Shown here: one piece after another, positions 32,508-45,940 of the stretch
Position numbering within the stretch: the stretch's first letter is position 1
How the letters are laid out: the number at the start of each line of letters is the position of its first letter
Origin: the human T2T-CHM13v2.0 reference genome, Homo sapiens
Strand: one strand, 5' to 3'
Length of the DNA stretch: 64,000 nucleotides
Assembly: GCF_009914755.1 (NCBI RefSeq)
Contig: NC_060936.1
Position numbers and translations under genes: made by a program
Notes under the pieces: generated by a model
Told to the model about the DNA's origin: nothing
Seen by the model: the letters and a program-made list of their open reading frames with translations, nothing else
Databases searched by the model: none

Positions 32508-32952
32508 AAGAAATGTATTTCTTTTCTCACTTAACTGTCCTAACACCAGGATCCAGATTGGCAGGATAGCTGGGCTCTGCCTAATCATTAAAGATCCCAA
32601 TTTCCTTCCATCTTATTCATCCAAGGGGCCCACTTACAATCAAAAAGCGCTTATAAACGTAATGTCCCTTGTTTGGTCAAAGTGCAGCCACTGTCACATT
32701 CACTTTACAACTCTCGGAAGAGAAAGATTAAAGGTTCAAGCTCAGCAGTTTTATATATCAGCAAGTAGGGCAGAAGTTGCCCACACCACTTCCACCCTGA
32801 TTCTCATGAAAACAACTTAATCATTTGTTTGGGAAACATAGTCTGTATCTGGACTGCAATGTGCCCAGGAAGAAGTGAAAAACAGATTTGAGGAGACTCG
32901 CACACCCCCACCATAAGAGCATCTGACACATAGGCAGGCTTGGGAACTACTG
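32270..32952. mobile_element. MER5A-type hAT element split by an MLT1J/K LTR (~32402-32915)
   Basis: CAGGGGTTTTCAA and TTGGGAACTACTG termini; AGATTCCTGAGCCTCAC core; internal MaLR motif TTCCTTCCATCTT. Confidence 0.55.
32447..32505. repeat. Poly(A) plus (CA)~20 microsatellite
   Basis: Direct reading. Confidence 0.95.
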
Positions 32953-33484
32953 TATAGAGATAAATGATGACGACCTTTCCACCTCTATCCTTCACTTCTC
33001 ACAATATCAGCTGTCATGTAGGGGAGAGAGCCCTCTACCTGGTGTCAGAGCACCCACATACAAGCCCTAGTACTGCCACCTAACTAATTGTGTGATCTCA
33101 AACAGATCATTTAATAAAAATACTTTGTGCTAGGCTAAATACTGAGTGCATATATCATTTCTTTTAACCTTTATAACGTAAGGCAAATATTTTTCACTCT
33201 GTTTTAAAAAACGAAGCATCTCTTCCCACCTCACACTATTACATATGATCAAAACTAGATTTCGAACACTAAAGTGCCCAAAGTACATCATTTTTCCCTT
33301 CTGCCATATTTAACCTGAGTCTCCTTTTCTCATAAGTGGCAGAAAATATCTACCTCGATGAGTTATTGTGAGGTTTAAATGAGCTAACTTAAAAGTACTA
33401 AATAGACCTTAAATCCCAACATAAATAAAGACATTATTTTCTTTTGTAGACACAAAAGTTCAAACTAATTTGCCATGCTGGGCC

Positions 33485-33692
33485 TGTGTTTTGAGTTCCA
33501 CTCTGGCAATGATGATGAATTTGTGCTTATTCACTCACAATCTCTGGTTCTGTCTTCCGTGATCAATGGCATCCATAGCAAGATGACAGTTCAGAGTTAA
33601 CCTGTGGTCACAGAACTAAACAAAGCCGACTGGCCCGTATGGGAATTGAATTAATGATCCAGAACTGATAAGCACTTACTCAGATGAGCTGA
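33485..33692 (-). mobile_element. MamSINE1 (SINE with a tRNA-Ile-like head)
   Basis: Minus strand reads AGCTCA...TCAATTCCCATACGGGCCAGTCGGCTTTG...CCACAG...ATGCCATTGATCAC...AACTCAAAACACA, collinear with MamSINE1 as recalled. Confidence 0.7.
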
Positions 33693-33909
33693 AACAACTA
33701 GACGTCGAATGTCATCATGAAGACACGGACTAAAGATGATAAGATTCGGGGAAGAGCAATCTCTCTTTGTTCCTCTTGTAAGTCCATTCATTAAAGGCTT
33801 GCCAATAAAACTGGCTGTCTTGCCAGCAAATGGCCTGTTATCATAAACCAAGGTGAATTTCAGCTCATTTCTCTATTTCATATTCCAATCATATTATGAA
33901 CGAACTTAC

Positions 33910-33940
33910 CTTTTCTTTTATGAAGGTTGAAAATTCCAGC
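33910..33940 (-). pseudogene. Candidate exon E (31-nt microexon)
   Basis: Acceptor tttgcttttctgcaacttatgatgtatag|G, consensus donor AAG|gtaagt; phase 0 to 1, AGIFNLHKRK. Confidence 0.45.
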
Positions 33941-34605
33941 CTATACATCATAAGTTGCAGAAAAGCAAACAATAAAATGAGACACCAAACAAGGTAAACA
34001 CATAATTCCCTCCCATCTCATTCCTACCTGACCCTCCTCCCACATAGGCAGAAACATTTGAGGAAAGAGTAAAATAAATATAAATTGAAATGCACGTTAT
34101 TACCACCCGTGGTTTCTAGAAGGCTTTTAAGTATGAATATATATGGTGGTGGGTATTACATTTTTTATTAAACAGAATTATTATCTTTTAAAATTAAGAC
34201 AAAAAGTCTCATCGAAAGGGTCCTAAAATCTCTGGCAATTTCCATAATAACCAGCACCACTCAAATCTAGATCCTCCAGAACTGTTCCTCCACAAGCATC
34301 CAGGGATTGGGCTCAAGATTTTCCTGATTTTCAGCTCTATATTATTTACCTGCTCATAAAAAAAAATACTGTACCCCTTCTGTGAAGGAAAACATCCTGT
34401 CTTGTTCAGGATAGAGTAATTTCACTTACCAAACTAAAAAATCTCACTCTCCATCTCCTACCCTCGCCCCTGAACAGTGTGTTTTGCCAACAAGCCACTC
34501 TTATGTATCTACCATAGGAAGGGAAATGGAGAGAAAACTAATTTCCCCTTACTATAAAGAATCTCAATTGTCTAAGAAAGTGAACCTTTCTTCCCAAAAT
34601 GAGTC

Positions 34606-34607
<2 letters not shown>

Positions 34608-34648
<41 letters not shown>

Positions 34649-34673
34649 CACACACATATACATATATATATAT
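34608..34673. repeat. (CA)n(TA)n compound microsatellite
   Basis: Direct reading. Confidence 0.95.
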
Positions 34674-37016
34674 AAAGTATCATTATTTCTCCTGAAAGAT
34701 CTCTTATTTCAGATGACCTCAAATTGAGAAAACTAAAAAAAAATTGATTTTAAAAAACGTTTTGGCATTTGGAGAATCTAAAATTTCAAATTTAACAAAA
34801 AAGTAAATTGCCTTCTCACTTCATCTGGATGAGAATCCTCTGCAGCAGACTGAGTATGAGAAATAAAAAGCTTTCCCTTTTTTACTGGTTATAAACAGAG
34901 GAGATCCAGGAGTTGGACTATATCTCCATTTTGATAGATTCTATTATAGTGCTTTAAACAATAGGATTTTTTGCTCAACCACATGTAGGGATATATGCCA
35001 TATAGTATCTATTGCACTAGCTACTTGCCAACTCATTTCTAAATTCTATTCTAAATATAGAGACTAAACTGTGAAGCTAGGTGGGTCCAAAAAAATTTCA
35101 GCTTATGAAATAAAGCATGGGGCAACAATTATGTTCCCTGAAGCAGCAGCTACTAAATATCCTTCTAAGTCTATTCAGTGGCTAAGCTGAGAAACTGATG
35201 ATTAAGGGCACCAAGGTTATGCTGTCTTGCTAGAAAGGGATAATCGGTGACTCTGTGTTGCAATGGGTCCAGTAGATCCAAGGAACCTAGAAATGCAGAT
35301 TTTTTAATGATAATTACTAAAACATTAGAAAAATATTTAGAAATGTACTAATGCCTTCAACTAACGTAAGATCTTTTTTCTAAGCTAAGAAAAAATCTAA
35401 ATAACCCAAGTAACTTAACAAAGATTGGGTTCTTTTACAAGTAATTATAAAACAGAAAGATTAAAACGAGCTCTTTGGTCATTCCTGGAAGGTTTAGCAA
35501 CAAGAAATGTGGGTAAAACACACAATTTGAAACTGTACAGAGCTGGTTTCCACTACTTACTAGCTGTGTGACCTTGACTAGTCCTAAATTCTAAATTTTA
35601 GTTTGCTCTCGTGTAAAATGCAGATAATGATACACAGTAAATATCCCTTATCAGAAATGCTTGGGATCAAAAGTGCTTCCGATTTCAGATTTTTTTCAGA
35701 TTTGGAAATATTTGTGCTTCAGATTTCAGAATTTTCCATATTTTGAAATATTTGCATATACATAATGAGATATTTTGGGGATGGGACGTAAGTCCAAACA
35801 CAAAATTCATTTATATTTTATTCACTCCACATACACATAAACATGAAGGTAATTTTACACACTATTTTTAATAATTTTGAGCACAAAACAAAGTTTGTGA
35901 CATTGAACCATCAGAAAGCAAAGGCGTCATCATCTCAGCCACCCATGGGGACAGTCTGTGGTTGTTTAGCACCACCATCATTCCTCACTCTGAATTTACA
36001 CACTACCAATAGGCAATCATTTTCTTACACTTATTCACACATAATGGTAAATACACCATTGGTATGATGAAAAAGCAATGTCTTCAGGGTAAGTGAGCAT
36101 TCCAGCAGCATCACCAGAATACCTATATCAGTTGTCAAACAACAGCAACAGCAAACAACAGGCCTTCAGTCTCCACCTCCAATGCTATGTTTTGATTAAA
36201 AGGTAACTGTACACCACATTTTATTTTTTTAGATGAGAAGACACATCAGAAGCAGATGAGCAACCAGGAACTGAGTTTTCTAGGGTTGAGGAGACATTCT
36301 GCCGAATGGCTTTTAGAAAATCTTTCCCCCAGAGTCATCTGCCTTATTAACAAAATTTTTTCATCTCAGGAGCCTCCCTTGGATTTTATAAACTGACGCA
36401 ATTTCCTGTTCTGTTACAAATGCACACTGTGCTAGTCCTTCAATAAGCCCATCACATATTTTCATCATGCTGCCTATAGACAATTTTTCTGCAATATTAA
36501 CAACGTCCTCCTCATATCATGGTCACCTTGATTCAGAACTATTTGAGCTATTTCACCATCAGTCAATACATAAACAACTGGAGCCTCACTACTGACGTTG
36601 AAACTTCTTCAATGTACACTTCTGCCACTTACTGACAAAAACTCTGAACGTATATTTATTGCATACGTAAAGAAGTCAGACATCTGTTTTTCCTCACTTG
36701 ACATACAAAATCCTCCAAAGTCACCACCTTGTTCATTGTCATGACTGAACGTAGTTGCAGGACAGAGGTTGTGCCGGGCATGCACAGCTGGGTCTTTTAT
36801 CATGTGTTCCAAGCGTTGGTAGCAGTATATATGACATCCTTCGTGCTAAAGTGCTTTTGAAAACCTTCCAAACCCACATCTCTGTTCATTCCTGCTAACA
36901 TGCTGTTCAAGTAAGTGTTTTATATTTACTCTTCATTGATCTAAGGATAGCCTGATCACATGGATGAATTAATGAAGCCTCATTTGGTGGAAAATACATG
37001 GCATAAATATTATTTT

Positions 37017-37147
37017 ATTATTACTATTACTGTTGATGAGGTCTCACTACATTGCCCAACAGGTCTCGAACTCTTGGCCTCAAGTGATCCTCCTGCCTCA
37101 GCCTCCCAAATTGCTGGAATTACAGGAGTAAGCCACCATACTTTGCC
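37017..37147 (-). mobile_element. FLAM_C inside Tigger4
   Basis: Single Alu arm; TSD CATAAA(T/C)ATTATTTT at 37002 and 37157. Confidence 0.85.
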
Positions 37148-37997
37148 ATTTTTTGTCATAAACATTATTTTTTATGAGAATTTCAGCTGGAAATAAGCAG
37201 AACACTTGTCAAATAATAACAAAATCTTACAGTTGTCATCCAGTCCAGCTTCCCTGCAGTGACCATGAGCTACTGGTACAAAATGTTTGTAAAAACAATC
37301 AGAAGAGATACCCCGGTTATCCATGCCTGTTTGTTAGCATAATCATGGACTGGTGAGCAATTCAATCCTGAAAATCAGTGAGGATGCACATTTTTGCCTA
37401 TCATGACAAGTTTACATTTATGCATGCCTTCTACATTGGCACATCGCAGCACAGTTATTCTGTCCTTGGCATTCTTAATTGCTGTAGGCACTGTCTCATC
37501 AGTTGGAGTCTGTGTCTTTCTGGGGCAATAACACCAAAACAGTGACATTTCATCTGCATTACAAACTCATTCTGATGTAAGATTTTCATCAGTGATGACC
37601 TTGGTAAATTTGTCAATGAACTTCCCCACTGCTTCATGATCAGCAGATGCAATGTCATCATAAATCTTCAAAAATTTAATGCCATGTCTTCTCAAATTTT
37701 TGCAACCAGCCTATTGAATAGTCACAGTTCCCTTCAATTTTCAGCTTATTGTGATAGATCTTTGCTTGTTTCATGAGCATGCAAACATGTGGCATGTGCT
37801 CACTGTGATGCTGATGGATCCACTCCTTCAATACATAATCAAGATCTTCATTTTAGCTTTATGCAGTGTTTTTTTAAAATTTTTCATTAAATTCTGTTTA
37901 TCACTTTCAGCATAGAATTTCAACAGTTTTCCTTCTTTTTCTTCAGATCATATAGAGTGGTCATTCCCACACCATAATCTTCTATAACACATTTCCT

Positions 37998-38297
37998 GGC
38001 TGGATGCAGTGGCTCACGCCTGTAATCCCAGCACTTTGGAAGGCCTAGGCAGGTGGATCACCTGTGGTCAGGAGTTCGAGACTAGCCTGGCCAACATGGT
38101 GAAACCCCATCTCTACTAAAAAAAAGTACAAAATTTAGCCAGGCATGGTGCCGCATGCCTGTAATCCCAGCTACTCAGCAAGCTGAGGCAGGATAATGTT
38201 TGATCCCAGGAGCAGAGGATGCAGTGAGCCGAGCTCGCACCATTGCACTCCAGCCTGGGCGACAGAGCGAGGCTCCATCTCAAAAAAAAAAAAAAAA
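37998..38297 (+). mobile_element. AluSx-like inside the Tigger4 transposase
   Basis: Full dimer; CATTTCC on both flanks. Confidence 0.93.
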
Positions 38298-38869
38298 GCA
38301 TTTCCCACTTATACCACTGTTCATTTTCTCCAACAGCTCAACTTTCTGTGCTATAGATAAACATAAATGCTTCCTCTTTTTCTTATCGCCGTTACACATA
38401 CGGGTATCTGCAGGCTTTTTTGACGTTTTCAACAATGTCTTCACACCACAGAGCAGAAAATAATCAAAAGAACACAGCGGGTAATATGCATAGGTCTTAA
38501 CTCTGTGTGGGGCATTGTGAAGAAATTGCCATTGGCACATTTGGCCTGCACACGAGCCATTTTATTATTCTTCAAGAGCATGCTTGCGTAGGCAAATCTG
38601 GGTGTGTGTGGAAATGATGTATTACAGCTGAAGGAAATTGGGAGGCTCTTTTCCCCTTGGGGACAACAAATAAACTGTGTGTTGTGCACCTGAGTTTTGA
38701 CTACAACCCATTACATGAGGGCAGGTATGAAATTTTCTATTTATGGTATCATGCTGATGCTCAAAAACTTCTGGATTTTAGAGCATTTTGGATTTCAAAT
38801 TTTTGGATGAAGGATGCTCAACCCATACCTAAATTTCCGAAGATTTGCAATGTTAAATAAAAAGTGCAA

Positions 38870-38982
38870 TGTGAGCCTGTAGATTCAGCTACTCAGGAGG
38901 CTGAGGCGGAAGGATTGCTTGAGCCCCACGAGGTCAAGCCTGTCATGGGCAACACAACAAGACTCTGCCTTTAAAAAAAAAA
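38870..38982 (+). mobile_element. FLAM_A-like Alu monomer
   Basis: CAGCTACTCAGGAGGCTGAGGCGGAAGGATTGCTTGAGCC...GGGCAACA...poly(A). Confidence 0.8.
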
Positions 38983-39266
38983 AGTACCTTGCCCAAAATG
39001 GATATTAATTTAGTAATAGCTATCATTTTTACTAGAGCTAAGATGGCAATGGTGTTGATAAAAATTTTAAGTCCTAAATAAAACTCTCAGAAAATAATAC
39101 CTTCACTATTTACTGTAAAATATAAGCACTCCGACAATCCTGGGGCTAGTGGATGGTGTTTGTCAGCAGAAAAAGTAAAAAAGACTTTGGCACCTTCCAA
39201 ATGTAATCTTACCATCTGAGTGACTAATTGTGAAGAAGCCAGGTAACATAAAGCCGTCCTGTAGGC

Positions 39267-39469
39267 CAGGGTTTCACAGCCTTGTCACCATTGACAGTTG
39301 GACCAAATGATTCCTTGATGTGGGGGTGCTGCCCTATGCAATGTAGGGTAATCAGCAGCATCCCTGGCCTCTACTCCCTAAATGACCTTCTCATTTATGT
39401 CAACCAAAAATGTGTGCAGGCATTGCCAAACATCCCTTGGAGGGCAAAATCACCCTGGCTGAGAACCGG
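39267..39469 (-). mobile_element. MER20 (hAT-Charlie)
   Basis: CAGCAGCATCCCTGGCCTCTAC...CATTGCCAAA...GGGCAAAATCACCC. Confidence 0.85.
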
Positions 39470-39912
39470 TCTTGTTAAAGGGGAATGGCATGTGTATGCT
39501 CTGTTTGATGCTGTTCTGAGCCCTCTGACAGTAACTTACAGCTGGAGTCATCATTTTATGTGGCCTAACATTCAACCAGGTAAATAAGATGATTAAAGAT
39601 AAGTCAACTAATCAGTTTAGATGTTTACTTGAGAATTAAATGACTTGTATTTAAAGACATTGGTTTTAGCATTATAAAGAAATGGTTCTGAATCCAAGCT
39701 CTCATAATGTTCTATCTATATAACCAGGGACAAGTTACTTATGTGGGTCTCAGTAAAATGAAAATAATAATGCTTATATGATACCAACAATAGTAGTAAT
39801 AGTACTGACCATATTTATGTTGCTGGGACCCAGTTCTCTTGTAGATAATATTCACAAAGCTTAACTGCTGGCTAAAATGAACACCTTATAGCTTGAGATG
39901 ATAGTGACGATA

Positions 39913-41240
39913 AATTTTTTAACCAGTTTATGATTAACATATGATGTGCCATAGATATTTAACATATACAATTGGATGTACATGGCAATAAGTTCACACC
40001 TGTGAAACCATCAAACTCTCAAAACTATCAGCGTAGTAAATTTATCTATCACCTCCAAAAGAATCTTCTCACCCCTATAATGTTTCTTTTCCTTTTGTGG
40101 TAACAGCACTTAACATAAGATCTATCCTCTCAGGAAATATTAAGGATACAATACAATACTGGTAATAATAGGCCCTACATTGCACAGTAGATTTTCAGAA
40201 CTTATTCATTTTGCATAACTGAAACTTTCTACCCTTTGACCAACATCTCTCCATTTTCCCTTCCCCCTGCCCCTGCTACTCTCTGCTTCTATGTGTTTGA
40301 CTATTTTACAATCCACATGTAAGTGAGATTACACAGTGTTTGTCTTTCTGTGTCATGTTTATCTCATTTTGCATCATTTCCTCCAGGTCTATTTTTGTTG
40401 TTGCAAATGGCAGGATTTCTTTCCTTTTAAAAAAATGAATGATATTCCATTGAGTGTATATACCACATTTTCTTTATCCATTCTTCTGTTTATGGATATT
40501 TATGTTGTTTCCATATCATGGCTAATGCAAATAGTGCTGCAATAAGCATGGGGTTGTTTCAAAATTCTTTTCAAGATCCAGATGTCAATTCCTTTGGCTA
40601 TATATCCAGAAGTGAGATGGCTAGCTCCAGTGGTAATTTTTTTTAATTTTTTGAGAAACAGCCTTCTTGTTTTCCATAGAGGCTGTACCAATTTACATTC
40701 CCGCCAACAGTGTACAAGGGTTTTTTTTCTTTTCCACCACATCCACTCCAACACTTGTCCTTTCTAACAGGTATGACATGATATCAGCCATTCTAACAGG
40801 TGTGACATGATATCTCATCTCTGATGATTAGTGATGTTGAGCACTTTTTCATATAAATCTTGGCCATTTCTATGTCTTCTTTAAAAGAATGTCTATTCAT
40901 ATCCTTAGCCCATTTTAGAAACTGGATTATTTATTTGTTTTGTTGTTGAGTTGTAGAAGTTCTTTATAATTTGGGGTATTAACACCTTATCAGGTATATG
41001 GTCTGTAAATATTTTCTCTTACTTCATTAGTTGCCTTTTCGGTACAGAAGTTTTCAGTTTGATGTAATTCCACTTGTCTGTTTTTTATTTTGTTGTCTAT
41101 GTTTTTGGTATAATAATCAAGAAATCATTCCCCAGTTCAATGTTTAGAAACATTTTCCCTGTTTCTTCTAAGAGTTTTTATTGCTTCCAGTTTTACAATT
41201 AAGTCTTGAATCCACTTTGAGTTGGTTTTTGTATGTTATT
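39913..41240 (-). mobile_element. L1MA-class 3' end
   Basis: Antisense 3'UTR (CTTATTCATTTTGCATAACTGAAACTTT) and C-terminal ORF2 ([14 protein letters not shown] in track ORF 40500-40754). Confidence 0.85.
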
Positions 41241-41249
41241 TACAAAATT

Positions 41250-41942
41250 TATTTTAACTTCCTAAGTCTTTTCTAATAATACTTAGCTTAAAACACAAAT
41301 ATATTGTATAGTTGTACAAAAATATTGTATTTCTTTATGTCCTTATTCTATAAGCTTTCTTCTATTTCTAAAAGCTTTTTTTAATTTTTAAACTTTTTTG
41401 CTAAAAACTAAAAGATAAACATAAATCAACCTAGGCCTGCACAGGGTCAGGATCATCAATATCAGTCTCCCACCTCCATATCTTGTCCCACTGGCAGGTC
41501 TTCAGGGGCAATAACACATGTGGAGCTGTCATCTCCTATGACAACAATGCCTTCTTCTGAAACACCTCCTGAAGGATCTGCCTGAGGCTGTTTTACAGAT
41601 AACTTTTCTAATAAGTAAAAGGATTACACTCTAAAATAACAATTAAAAGCATACTATAGTAAATATATAAATCAGTAACAGTTATTTATTATCATTATCA
41701 AGCATTATGTACTCTACAAAATTGTATGTGCTCTATTTTTATACAACTGACAGCACAGTAGGTGTCTTTACATCAGCATCACCACAAACACATGAATAGT
41801 GTATTGCACTATGACATTGTGATGGCTACAACATCACTAGGCAGTAGCGACTTTTCAGCTCCATTACATTATAATCTTATGGGACCACTGTCATATAAAC
41901 AATTCATCACTGACTAAAACATCAATATGCAACATGTGCTTG
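41250..41942 (-). mobile_element. Tigger3b (Golem/MER7) fragment
   Basis: CAGGGTCAGGATCATCAAT...TTTTCAGCTCCATT...AATCTTATGGGACCAC and a decayed TIR near 41940. Confidence 0.85.
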
Positions 41943-41949
41943 CATATTA

Positions 41950-42490
41950 CATGGTAATTAAACGTATACATTTCAGTTGAGTAATAGCTACAACTGGAAT
42001 TATTGTGTCATGAGATGTAATTGTGTTCAACTTAGACACTCCTAGTTTTGCAAAGTGGTTGTACCAGTCTACATTCCCACTAGCAACATTTGAGAAATCT
42101 GGTTGCTCCATATTCTCACTGAGACTTGGTATTGTAAATCTTTTTTAGCCATTTCTTGGTGTGATGTGACATCATAATGTGGTTTTAAGTGCATATTCCT
42201 AATAACTAATGAGGTTGAGCATCTTATCTGTTTGTGGGCATTTTTGATACCTACTTTTTGAAGTCTTATTAAAATATTTTGCCCATTTTTCTACTAAGTG
42301 TTTTGTCTTTTTCTTACTACTCTATTGTTTTCATATATTGTAGATAGCAGTCCTTTAATAGGACTGCAAATACCTTCTCTACTCTGTACCTTGCCTTTTC
42401 ATTCACTAAATGGCATCTTTTAGGGAACAGAATGTTTTGATGTTAGTATAGTTCAATTTATCAGTTTTTCCCTTTTGGATTAATGCTTTA
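41950..42490 (-). mobile_element. Old L1MC/ME fragment
   Basis: CAAAGTGGTTGTACCAGTCTACATTCCCAC...ACTAATGAGGTTGAGCATCTT. Confidence 0.75.
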
Positions 42491-42499
42491 CTCCAGGTG

Positions 42500-42902
42500 C
42501 ACTGGACTCCTTGCTGCTCCTCATCATACCAGGCATTTCCTACTTCTTTACTGCCTACTTGCATACATATACTTATATGACTCATTCCCTTCAAGTCTCT
42601 CTGTTCAAATGTGCCCTTTTCAAAGGGCTCTTTCCTGGCATATCTATATAAAACAAGAACCCTTACCTACCCTGCCCCACCCCTAGTATTTCCTACTCCC
42701 TATCTCTGCTTTACTTTATTCTTATCACCCATAACTACCTGATGTACCATTTATTTATTATCTCTCTTCTCCACCCACATATTACAATGTAAGCTCTATG
42801 AGAACTGGACATTTGTCGGCTTTGAACAATCCCAAGTGTCCAGAACAGTACCTGACACATAATAAGTCTCCAAAACTTTTTTTCTGATTACTGAATAAAT
42901 AA
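42500..42902 (+). mobile_element. L2a 3' end
   Basis: AATGTAAGCTCTATGAGAAC...AGAACAGTACCTGACACATAATAAG...TGAATAAAT. Confidence 0.75.
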
Positions 42903-44454
42903 ACAATGCTCAACTATAGATTTACTATTATTTATCTTTCTCATGGCCCTGTATGCTTTTTTTTAATATGAGTGTTCAAATCTTTGTTCAATTCTGCCTC
43001 CTAATTCAAGTCTACACTGCATATTAGACATGTCAGAATTTTTAGGCCTGTTTCACATCTCCTCACATCTCTTAAGTATTTTCTGCCCCTTTCCTTACTA
43101 TGCTACTTTCAGAATTATTTCCTCAGAGCTGTCATTCAATTAAACAATTCTCTCTTCAACCTTGTCTACTCTACTGTTAATTCATCCTTGACATTTTTAT
43201 TTCAATAACTACCCCTTGCATTTATATAATGTTTATTTGGTGATTTACAATCTGTCTGCTGTTTCCTTCTGATGCTATGCTCTTGTTTTGTGGATTATCT
43301 TATTTCTCAAGAGATAACTTTTGAACATTTTAGGCACACTTATCTTAGAGCTTTTCTTAGATCATTCTGGTTCTTCTTAGGTATGAATACTTTCATTTAT
43401 TTCATCTGTTTATCTTGTTGCATGATTTGTCATATTTCCCATATTCAGTGGGATTTATCATTTACAAAAGTTACATGTGTCCTGGACTGTAGAGGTTTAC
43501 CACTGTGGATTAAATTTATATTTTCTTCTGCTAAAGTTTTTTAATGCTCACTGGTTTCAGAACAGTTTTTATGACATTCTTAGCTGCAAATTTCTGCAAT
43601 ATTTGGGAGATAAATTTTGGCTACAATTAAAGCACCGCTTGGGCCAAGATGGGAGGATTAGGCCGTCTCTACTATTTTAAAAGTACAAGGCATCCTCCAC
43701 CTCCATCAGGAACCTACACTGGAGTTTCATACAAAAGTCCAACCATTAATAGACGTATAGCATCTTCCAGGCATTTTCTGTTGTGCATGTATAGCTTGGT
43801 TATCCAATGTAAATATTCCATAGGTAGTTGCAAATAAGGCAAGAGTGCTCAGAGGGCAAGTCAGGAAAAATGAATTGAATTTAACATAATATATGTTATA
43901 CGACAGTCTATTTTTAATGAAATATTTGGAATTATTTATTCTATTGACACCAAATAGCATAATTACTATTTGCTTAGAAAATTGGAAGACAATGCAAAGT
44001 CCCTCTGGTTTGTTATTCTTTCTTGCACTCAAAATTCCAAAGTCATTTAATAAACATTTATTGGCAGTCTGCTGCATATAAAGCACTATTCTACATTTGT
44101 AAGTGTAACAATCATTCCTGGATAAAATCTGAACATTTCTATATAAAAGAAGAAATCAGAGAGTGGGAGAGCTTAATAGCCAAATAATCAATGAGAAGAA
44201 CCACAACTTCTTGGGAAAATAATTTACCATAATAATGATATGTTGACCTCCATTTACAAAATTGATATTATTTAATTTTCCTATTTATTTTGGCTATTTA
44301 TCAGAAGTGAGAGATTTGTCATGATCTATTTCCTTTCTTGCCCAGTTCCTATTGCTAATAACAGCATGCATTTTGTAAGACAATTGGACAGGGATTAGGA
44401 ATAGTACATGGCTAAAAAATGGTAAAAAGCTGATAGAGTGTATTAAAGTTCTGC

Positions 44455-44504
44455 ACCATGAACTTGGCCTCATTAGAAACCTAGCAAACTGAGCTAACTA
44501 GCCA
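44455..44504 (-). mobile_element. tRNA-like head fragment (MamSINE1-type)
   Basis: Minus strand TGGCTAGTTAGCTCAGTTTG...CTAATGAGGCCAAG. Confidence 0.5.
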
Positions 44505-44927
44505 TAAGCAGAAGCTTTTTTAAGGACAAGACTTATTACATTGCAGCAGATAAGCAGGCTATCAGCAGCACCATAGCAGTTTCTGATGACTCTCTAGAGG
44601 GAGGTAATTCTGTCCACATTATCCATAGTTGTAAAAACACCAGGGAGTTGGTATCTGAGCCTGATGCATGATGAAAAGACTTAAAGGATGAAGACCGGGG
44701 AGCCAGTAAGACAAACAGCACAAGCCACCAACAGTATTTTTGTAGGGATACTTCTGTATTTCAGAGCACAGATTTTTATATTAGAATTACTGGTGGCATT
44801 GTCATTCATCATTACAAATGTTTTCTTAATATCTTCTGGGGGAAAAAGAAAGGAATTTCTTGTACCTAAAACATATATTAAAGCATAAAGCAAGGTTGAA
44901 TTAGGAACATGTCTTCCTGTAACATAC

Positions 44928-44965
44928 ATCAGCATTTTTATTAATCTTGACCATATCATAGTCCT
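44928..44965 (-). pseudogene. Candidate exon D (38 nt)
   Basis: Poly(T)-tract acceptor ...tttttttag|AG, donor GAT|gtatgt; phase 1 to 0, (E)DYDMVKINKNAD. Confidence 0.5.
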
Positions 44966-45589
44966 CTAAAAAAAAAAAAAAGCCAAAATAAACACTGAGC
45001 ATATGCAGTAGAGTTAAAATATCAAATTTAATTTTTTTTTATTTTCCAATCTCATCCCAATATTAGAGGTAGGATTTTTAAAATTATTTGGTTAACTCAT
45101 TGGAGCGATAATCCACTGCTTCCTAAATTATCTGAGAACTGATTGTGAAATTATATAATAACCAACTTCCTTCACAAGTTCCTTCCTTCATCTTCTACAT
45201 ACTTTTTGGCTGAAGAAATAATAGATTAAAGGAATTTAACAGCGGGCAAAACTTAGTAATGATTGTCATTCCAATAGCTTTCTTTAATGGGGGGCTGTGA
45301 AACCATAACAAAGTACATTATGCACTGTGATTAGGTCCTCAATGGCTATAAAAACCTTGGCTAGAATGTCGTTGTTACATCCATTACATTTCTTATTTAG
45401 GTAACTTCAAATTAAGCAATGCAGTGAGCTATGCTAGGACACAATGAGTTATGTGCACCAACCTTACATTTGAGGATAATATTTTACTACTCATCCCACC
45501 ATCTCCAAATGCATTTTTATTTCCTTCATTTTCTTTCTCTTCTTCCCTCAGATTATCTCCAATTAATGTATTGAGTACAAACTAACATA

Positions 45590-45940
45590 CTCATTCATTC
45601 ATTCAATTGTGGTGTATTTAATGCCTACAATAAGCCAACCACTATACTCAGTGAAAAAAAAAATGAATAGCAAAAGCAGAAACAGTTCTTAATCTCAAAG
45701 ACTGCAGTTGAGTGGAAAACAGGGAGGAGAATCAAATAATCATACAAAAGTATGAAATTAATAATTTCTATAAAATGAGAAGGCTATGGTAATATGAAAG
45801 CTTATAATAAAGAGATTTGAGGTCATTAAAAAGGGCTTCCCCAAGTAAGGGACATTTGTGTTGATATTTGAAGGATGACTAAAATTTGCTCAGGTACAAA
45901 AAGGAGACAAGACAGAGATTAGCATATGCAAGTGTCCTGT
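45590..45940 (-). mobile_element. L2 3' end
   Basis: CATTCATTCATTCAA terminus followed by typical L2 3' sequence. Confidence 0.65.

Larger units (their letters stand above)
35633..38825 (-). mobile_element. Near full-length Tigger4 (Zombi) DNA transposon with dead transposase, inserted in a MIR
   Basis: Both decayed TIRs flanked by TA (35631-32, 38826-27). Transposase remnants include KKKRKHLCLSIAQKVELLEK (HTH), GWLQKF and a NADE-like DDE motif. Confidence 0.9.

Noticed and set aside
33625-33692. Functional tRNA-Ile gene
   Set aside because: Anticodon arm and A/B boxes are degenerate, and the sequence continues as a MamSINE1 body.
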